The notes beneath the pieces are model-generated. The model saw nothing but the letters and a program-made list of their open reading frames with translations. It searched no databases and was not told the DNA's origin. The translations under genes and the position numbers were made by a program. Source: a virus (taxonomy: Duplodnaviria; Caudoviricetes). Taken from it: a stretch of 32,367 nt of DNA. Position 1 is the first letter of the stretch. Every line of letters starts with the position of its first letter. The stretch spans positions 1-32,367 of the IMG/VR virus record IMGVR_UViG_3300044512_002795. One strand, 5' to 3'. Of the stretch, positions 8,481 through 17,657 are shown one piece after another.

Positions 8481-11400
8481 TTAAATCCTTTTTTTAATTT
8501 CTTGCAGTTCTTTATACAGCTCTTTAAAGCCCCCTAAGAGAACAGTTACTGCTCTGCTGTAATTTACACCCGAAGGGTTTCCGTTTTCATCTTTTTCGAC
8601 TAGTTCTGGGAATAGTTCTTCTAACTCTTCGGCGATTAAACCGATTTCTTTTTTATCACTTCCCTTCTTGTTGTATTTTACTGGTCTTATTTTATTTATT
8701 TTATCTATACTTGGCGTGAAATTCTCAATATTTTCTTTAATTGCTAAACTCGAAGCTTCGGTTAAAGTTCCTGAAAAATAACCATTTCCAGCTACTTTTA
8801 ACATGTAACTAGAGTCTGGTGCGGTATTTATAGCTACGGTGCTATTGTCATCTCGAATTTTACCTATTCCAAGTGTTTCAGTATCTGTCCACCTTGCGAT
8901 ATAATCATCAGTGCCACTGCCATCAACAGCGCCAGAACCTATGTCAATTTCTATAACATTTCCGCTAGCATCTACTGCTAACCTTTGAGTAGCTGTTCCT
9001 GTAAAAGTTCCGGCACCATAATCATGAAGTTGAAGTTTTCCAGTATAATGTAGCTGAAGCTTGGTGTTAGCGAGATATTCAGCTTGACCACCCGCTTGAT
9101 CATAACCAATATTCCAACTATTGAAATTTCCAGAGTAATTCATTCCACAGAACCACTCTTCTCCAGAATAAGTGGAGTCGGTATAAAAAGTTCCAATACC
9201 TCGGCCTTCGTAGCCCTCCATTAAGATTTGAGCCGTAGCTGCGGGAGCTCCTGCGGTATTCGTGGCTCTTATTGTTAAAATAGTAGATGTCTGAGTAGAG
9301 TCTCCTATAACTGCGCTACCGTTTACATGTAATTTATTACCGGGAGTTGTAGTACCTATACCAACATTCTGAGAAGCATCTATAGATAAAGCTTTTGCAC
9401 CATTTGCGTAAAAATGAAGCTCCTGCCATTGACTACTTTGGTAACCACCAAAATGAATAAGGTTAGCACCGTCCCACTTTAATAAATCATATGCATTTAA
9501 ATTTAAAGCATCATTACCCGAACCTGCATCAATCCTAACTTTACCTGCTACTTGTAATTTACCTCCTGTTGGACTTGGAGTACCTATACCTACATTACCA
9601 GAAGCATCGATACGCATTTTCTCATCAGCTGTCGTTCTGAATGCCATGTACCCAGCTTCTGAGTTTTCAATTACTGTGTTTAGGCCGGTTTGTGTTAAAA
9701 GAAACCCGTCACTGTCACCAGTACCAGTAGTACTATTAACTAACTGAATAACAGGGTTGGATGCTTTATATAATGTAACTGGTCTCTGAGGATTAGTTAT
9801 ACCTATACCAAAATTACCACCTTTATCAATGGTCATTCGAGGGCTAGATCCTTCCAACCATTGAAAGGCAGGTTGAGAAGCGCCAACCGCAATCGTGCCT
9901 ACTTCAAAACCCATAACCGGTTCAGCTGTAGTAGAGGTAGTGTTCCCAGTGGATGAATACAATGTTAGACCTGACTGAGTTGCTCCATTATAGTAACCAG
10001 CAATTTTAGCTGAAAAACCAGCAGCATTAGCATAATTATTCTCGATTCTCAGGTAACTATTTGCATCAGCACTGTTACGAAACAACGAATGAATTGCTCC
10101 TCCAGCGACACTTGCACCGACAACATCTATTTTTGCGCTTGGATTAGTTGTACCTATACCAACATTACCATCAGCAGCAATACGCATTTTTTCTGTTGCA
10201 TCTGTCGAGTTGGTACCTGCTGTACCGAAAGTTAGATAACCTTGCCTACCATACGTCTCAGTCGCATATCCCTTTACATAAGATGATATGAATGCTCCGT
10301 CTGCGTCATTACTGTAATTTTCAAAGCCTCCAATTAGATCGTCTGGCTGGACACTTGTATCGTTACGTTGTAAACGTATGATGGGTAAACTTGTTGAACC
10401 CCCAGAAAGGTGCAATTTAGTCTGGGGATCATTTGCGCCGATACCAACGTTGCCTGCTGAAGTTACAGTTAATTTGCGACTGCCATCGTAACCTACATAC
10501 CAATCTCCACCGTATTGCGATCTATTGTAATTAAATCCAGCCTCGTATTCAGTACCTGACCCTCCGTAACTGTGAGCAGTAAACTGCCATCCATTGCTTT
10601 GCTGAAATTTAATTTTTGAGTCGTTTGTATTTACGTTTGAACTGTATAATGCAATGGACGATTCTGAAGACGCACCTCCTACAACATGCAGTGTCCCGTC
10701 TGGAATTTGTGCACCTATACCAAATTTACCATCCCTATCTACAGTTACCTGATAACTACCATTTCTTGCGATGTGAAAATTATGTATTCCCGAAGTAGAA
10801 GAATTTCTATCAAGTACGAACCTATGAGTTTCAGCTGCACTTTCATCTTGGTAAGCTGTAATAGTATTAGTAAGATCATTAACTTTGAAACTTATGCTTT
10901 GATTAGCACCACGACCTACTCTTAATCTTTCCTCACTGCCGTCACCATAAGTAGGATTAGCTAAATTATCATATATAGTTACTTGGCCACTATTTACGTG
11001 AAGTTTCGCTCCGGGATTAGTTGTACCTATACCAACATTACCAGCAGAATCAATCCTTACAGCTTCATCCTGAGTGTTTGTTTCAATAGCAATTTCTGCG
11101 CCTGTGTTATTAGTAGCTATTCTCAAAAGATTGACACTCATCTTTGCGTCTAAGAACGCGAACTCAGACCCTCCATTAGACAGGGATAAATACGAATTAT
11201 GAGCTGTTGATTGGCTATCAATAATAACTTGAGCACGACCAGAAGTGTTCTGAAAGAGCGCAGTGTTTAAGTCAATATTTTGTACAACATGTAGTTTGTC
11301 TGAAGGACTTGCTGTACCTATACCAACACTGCCACCAACAGACATGTTCCCTGAAGTTAACTCAACAATTGCTTTTTTATATGCAGTTCTTGCATTACCG

Positions 11401-14400
11401 CTTTGATTATAAAGCGTTTTAGATCCTAAATTATTTGTGTTAGTTCCACCAGTAAATTCTATAGTATTAAGACCGTTATCTGTGCTAAGACCCCACTCCA
11501 CATAAGGTTCATAATCGGCAAAAATTATTGTATCTCCTTCAGTGGTACCCTGTTGAATTGCGATTGCAGATTGTTCTGGATTTACTCCTGCAGATGATAC
11601 TAATAAAGCAGGTGTATTAGCTGAACTATTTCCAGCGATACCAGCTTTTATCATTCCGTTGACATCTAATTTACTACCGGGACTTGTAGTACCTATACCG
11701 ACATTACCACCAGAGGTAATGGTCATTCTTATTGTACCAGCTGAACCGGTTGCAAAATTGGTACTATTTTCTTGTAGGTTTTTAATGTCAAAAGAACCAT
11801 CAGCGTTATGTGCTAAATATGCATAGTCGCCTCCAGAGCCATCCCCGTTAGCGGCTCCATCTAACTCAAGTAAAGCACGAGCTCCATTACTACTACCAAC
11901 AAATAAAGACTGTTGACCAGAGCCATATATATGTAAACCAGCTTCAGGATTAGTTGTACCTATACCAACATTACCACTCGCAAGAAGGGTCATCTTAATA
12001 TCGTTATCAATCCTCCATTCAGTTTTTGTGTTTTCTACATGTCGAATTGCCCACGATCCCCCTCCGTCCAATAACCCTATATTCTTACCTCCTTCTGAAC
12101 TTGAATTAGCGTAAACGTATCCCCATATAGCTCCACTATAACCCATCAACCTAAGACCTATTGACCCCTCATCATGTGTAGAAAAATCAAAATAGTCGCC
12201 TTGTTGATTTTGGAATTTTAATGAATCAGTAGTTGAGAGCCACTGAATATAAGCTCTATTAGTAGTACCTTCTTGAAAACGTATATATGGACTAGACGAT
12301 CCGGTTAATACCAATTTGGCATCACTTGACCCGCCTAATGTAGCTAAGTAACTCGTATTTACTGCTTGAGCTCCAATTCTACTAGAGGCGTAAATTGTAC
12401 CCTGAGTATGCAATGTATAACTTGGGGTTGTTGTCCCTATACCAACATTACCATCATTTAAAACAGTTAAAGCTGCCTTAGGAGAACCTCCATTGTAAAC
12501 ATCTAAGTTAAAAGAATTATTAGTTGCGGTTCGTATCCCCCAATATCCAGCGCTTCCTATCATATTGTGGGTTACTGTTCCAGCTATATTCGTCGCCAAT
12601 AATGTGTCTGATTTCGCACTATTAGCGTAAATTGTTCCAGCTTCAACATGTAATTTTAATAGAGGACTTACAATACCTATACCAACATTACCAGATGAAT
12701 CAATAACCATCCTATCTACGCCTGCAGAAGCATCTCTGAATCTAAAGTTGAGATCGTCTGTCCCAGTGCCTCCTGCGAATATAGCATAAGCTCGATCCGC
12801 TCCTCTTGTGGTTTTGATTACGAGACCAGCATACTCACTGTCGTTGGTGGGTTCTATGTATAATTGGCCATTCGCAGATTGATCGCCTTTTATATTCAGT
12901 TTAGTAATCGGAGATGAAGTACCTAAGCCTAAGTTCCCATTAGTGTTTAAATAGAAATCGTTTTGATTATATCTGCCTGCAACTATGTGATTATCTGCAA
13001 ATACCTCAAATACAGGTAACCCAGCCGCATCATTTACCGACATCAAAGAACCACTTAAATCATCAACTACTTCGAATAAGGTTCCATTTGTTCCGTCAAC
13101 TTTTAATACCGAAGCGCCAGAAGTTGAATCTACAATTTGGACAGTTGCAGCAGGAGTTGCGGTACCCACCCCTAAATTACCATTAGTGTTATCCCAATGA
13201 AAATTGTTGTTATAAGAAATTGTGTCAGTGTCTGTCCAATATGTTACTTTATTAGCAGCGCCTGATCCATCGACGGGACCAGAACCTATAGGAATTTCAA
13301 TTACATTTCCGCTGGAATCTACTGCTAATTTCTGAGTAGCTGTGCCCGTAAATGTTCCTGAACCATAAGCGTTAAATTGTACTTGTCGAGTAGAGGCAAA
13401 TGAAACGCTAACATCACCGTTATAATCATTTTTTCTGATCTTTAAGGTAGTGTCTCCATTATCTATCCCCATAACCCAAGCCTGTGTTCCAGACTCATCT
13501 AATTTAATGTATGTGCCAGCTGTACCAAGCCCACTAAATCTTGCTATGTTTGTTGCTGAAGATGAAACGTGTAATGAGGTAACAGGATCATCCGTACCTA
13601 TACCAACATTACCACCATAAGGATTTAATGCTATATCCCAATCTGCTGTTTGTGTACTATTTGTTACTTGAATACCAATAGCATTACCATTATTGACTTG
13701 TGCGAAAGTCATATTGGTTGAATTACTATCATGAGGTTTAAGCTTAAGGACACTATATGTATCCATTAAGGCTTTAGTTGTAGCATCACCAGTCCCAACG
13801 GGACCAAAGTATCCTCTACCAGCAACTTGCAACTTGCCAGATGTAGGATTAGTTGTACCTATACCAACATTACCGTCTTGTAAAATTGTTAATCTTTCAG
13901 CTCCAGTAGCTGATCGGATAGCAAAATCCCATACCCCTGATGTTTGCCCTCCTTTTAAAGTCCATTTATTATTACCTTGTTGATTAAATTCTAATGAAGC
14001 ACCATAACCTGTATTATTTCTATCTAACCGTAGGTTTGCGTCTGAACCATACAAGTGAAGCAGTTGATCTGGACTTATAGTACCTATACCAACCTTGCCA
14101 AGTGCGTCAATAGACATCCGCGCATTCAAATTGTTATCACCATCATCCGTATAAAAATCTATCTGACCAGCACTTAGCTTAACACTAGATTCTAAATCTC
14201 TTCTTACTTGAATCTTAGCAACAATAGAATCGTCTCGATGATTAAAAAATTCTATAGCCCCTAATGTACCGCCTCCACTTGAGTCACGACCCCCTATTTG
14301 TATGGTAGAACTTTGGTTAGCTGAAAGGGTGTCACTACCGACTCTTAACTTTACGGTGCTAGTGTTTTCATTGGTATAAACTTGAGAAACAGTGTTACCT

Positions 14401-17400
14401 ATACCAACATTACCACCGTTAGTTATACGAACTCTTTCATATTCAGTATTACTAGTTTTTGTGCTGAATGTTAGATTACCATTTACATAAGCAGATCCTT
14501 GAGCTTCAACTAAAGATCTTATACGAGAACCGATTCGAACAGTACCATCTGTCGCTGATCCTAAAAACATTAACTCACCTAATTCATCTCCTACTGTTAA
14601 AGTACCATCAGCAGGTTTTTTAACAAATCTAATTTCACCTGATTCGTTGTCGTTATTTGTATTAACAATTCTTAAATCTGGATCTGTTGACGTTGAAGAT
14701 TCTAAATGTAATAAAGATTCAGGACTTGCAGTACCTATACCAACATTACCACCAGATAAAATAGAAACCTTTTCGGTTCCATTTGTAAAAAACCTAAAAG
14801 CATCAGTAGAATGATCATAATATATCCGACCTGCATTATTACTATTTTGGTCCCCAAAAACTATTCTACCAGAGTATGCAGAATCAGATAAAATCTGTAT
14901 ACCATCAATTCCATCTCCTCGTATTGCAAGAGAATAAGCATTATCTACAGTACCGATTCCAGATCCTGAATCAATTTGTAATTTAGTATCAGGACTCGTC
15001 GTACCTATACCAACACTCCCGTACTCAATGACTGTTTTTGTTATATTGCTTCCACCAAGTCGTGTTGTATTAGAACCTAAACCCTGTGCATCCTTACCAA
15101 TGACGATCTCACCACTTGCCCCTTCTGTTCCATCAACTGCATACCCTAAATAAATCCCGTAGCTCGAATTTGTTAAATCTCCCGTAGCAACTCTTTGTGA
15201 TCCCGCTGCATAACCTATGGCGATGTTATAACTACCAGTTGTCAGGTTTGTTAACGCAGCGTAACCCAACGTCGTATGACCAGCAGGCGAAGTATGAGCA
15301 TCTAAAGAGTATGTCCCGACAATTGTGTTGCTGCTACCTGTAGTATTAAGTCTTAAAGCTCCTGCTCCTAAAGCAGTGTTGTTTATCCCACTATTAGTTA
15401 ACAACCCACTATCGTCCCCTATAAAAGTATTACGTGAACCACCAACCAATTGACCACCAGCATTCATGCCGACTATAGTGTTTTTATAACCAGTCGTGAT
15501 ATCTTCACCTGCTTGAAAACCTATTGCTGTGTTACTGTAACCAGTGGTCAATGCATTTAAGACCTGATAACCAAATCCTGAATTGTAACTGCCGTGAGAT
15601 ACGGAAGTGGCAGTAGACCCCATCGATAAATTACCAGCAACAAGTCCGACAAATGTATTGAAACCTGCTGGTACAGCAGTGTCCCCTGTTGGATGCTGGT
15701 AATTATGGATGAATCGAGATGTGTCTTTATATATTATCCCGGTTGTAGTATTGGTGGTATTTGGTAGTCGAATACTACCTGTCAAGTGAAGTTGTTGAGC
15801 CGGACTATCTGTTCCTATACCAATATTGCCATTACCCTTAATAGTAAACTTCTCAACTACTGAAGCTCCTTCTCTTACTCGGATTTGGAATAATTTGTCT
15901 GGTACTTTAAAATTATCAGACCCTGTTCCAGACCCATCATATTGGTAAAAATCCCATCTGTTAAGAGGCGCTGTTGAGCTAGAGTTTAAATTGATAAATC
16001 TATGTAATGTACTAGTGCCAGCAGCTTCTGATGCAAAGATTAGAATATTACTCTGTGTTGGTCTTGCAAAGAAACTAAGTGAAGAAAGATCTGTAATATC
16101 ATAACCCGTAGTAGCATTATATGATGCTAAAGCGTCAGCAGTCCATGAAGTATCATTTGTATTTGATATGATTAATGCTTTTGATGTTAAGCCACTTAAG
16201 CTATTTCCCGAAGGGCTTAATTCAAGCCTTGCAGCAGGATTATTTGTACCTATACCAATATTGCTATTATTTTGAACTATTACAGAGTCGCTCAGTGCTG
16301 TACCAGTTGAATCCCACTTTGGTATATATTGCGATGTACCACTACCAGTTACTTGAGTGCTTACATCTCTTGTTTGAGTGATTGTTCCAAGAGAGGTAGG
16401 AAAACTTACATCCCATCCATCTATCCAGTTTGATATACCAGTATTTAAAAAACCAAAAGATGCACCTCTTACCACAACATATGGATATGTCCAGCTGCTA
16501 CTTGCGCCGTTTGAACCTTTACTAATATAAATAGCGCATTTACTACCATCATGTCCAAACTGTACTTTATATGTTGTACCATCATTTCCAGCTAACACCA
16601 TTGCGGTTGTGTTGTGCCAGCTGGAGTCGCCGCTATAATTATAACCTGCAACTACAAATGTCTTTGCTTTATTGTCTTGATACTCAAAGACATCAATACT
16701 GAACTGCATCATTGTGTTAGTCCAGCTTTGAGGTAATGTAATTTTTATATATCCAGTTACAGGGGTAGAGGAAGAACCTATCTTACCGCCCCCGGGAAAC
16801 GCTACATAAGATGGATTATAGTTTGCAGTACTATTAGCCCCGAAACCGTCACTACCTCTAACCCGCATGTTACCATAAATTTCGAGCTTGTCATTAGGGC
16901 TTGTTGTACCTATACCAACATTACCATCAGAGCCAATACGCATTTTTTCTGTAAGTAATGACGATCCATTCTCTCTTATTAAAAATCTTAAAGCCCCGTC
17001 ATAATTACCACTCGTATTATTCTCCTTAACTCCTTGTATACCAGCGAGAAATCCAATGACTCCGCCACTTGTATATCTCCCACCAAAGCTAATACCACCA
17101 CCATTATTATCTGTATCAAATGCAGTAACGTTATCTATAACCCTGAGCATCGAAGGGTAATTCGAGTTATACTGTTGTCCGAATATATCAAGTTTTGTAG
17201 CTGGAGTTACTGTACCTATACCAACATTACCAGATGAATCAATAGTTACTCTAGTGGTAGCAGATGTTCTAAAGAACATTTTTCCTGCTTCTCCGTTTTC
17301 GATATACGAATCAACCCCGCTCTGAGTAAGCAGCATACCGTCTGCTGCTGCTGTCCCAGTTGTTGAATTGACGAGTTGTATAACTGGGGTTGATGCTTTG

Positions 17401-17657
17401 TATAATGTAACTGGTCTCTGAGGATTAGTTGTACCTATACCTACACTACCATTCTTCCAAACCATGGATAAAGTGCCAGTGTCATATAAAGATGTATATG
17501 AATTAGCCCCTCTACCTATAAAATTATTACCACTAAAAGTATCAAAATAATACCATTTAGCGGCACTATCTGACCTAAACCCGTAATTATCTGCCGAAAC
17601 AGAACCATCAACATCTAACTTAGAATTAGGGTTTGTTGTACCTATACCAACATTACC
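1987..17657 (-). repeat. dispersed in-frame direct repeat family, core GGTAATGTTGGTATAGGTAC (encodes GNVGIGT)
   Basis: Exact 20-mer (plus strand gtacctataccaacattacc) starts at 1987, 2605, 3619, 5170, 5647, 6673, 8197, 10150, 11023, 11956, 13594, 13855, 14731, 16906, 17212 and 17638. Exact 29-mer ggattagttgtacctataccaacattacc starts at 2596, 6664, 8188, 10141, 11014, 11947 and 13846. About 20 further near-copies exist. Confidence 0.95.
8481..8753 (-). other. peptidase S74 (endosialidase-type) auto-cleaving chaperone domain
   Basis: S-x4-K dyad (SSLAIK; canonical SDxRLK), GLIAEE (canonical GxIAQE), VNY and a terminal coiled coil. Confidence 0.85.

Noticed and set aside
9580-17450. Duplicated cassettes as diversity-generating retroelement TR/VR pairs
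   Set aside because: Differences are not confined to adenines, both copies are internal coding sequence, and no reverse transcriptase is present in the window.
1987-17657. Repeat-spacer pattern as a CRISPR array
   Set aside because: The repeats are in-frame coding sequence, the spacers are hundreds of bp and irregular, and no cas genes or leader are present.
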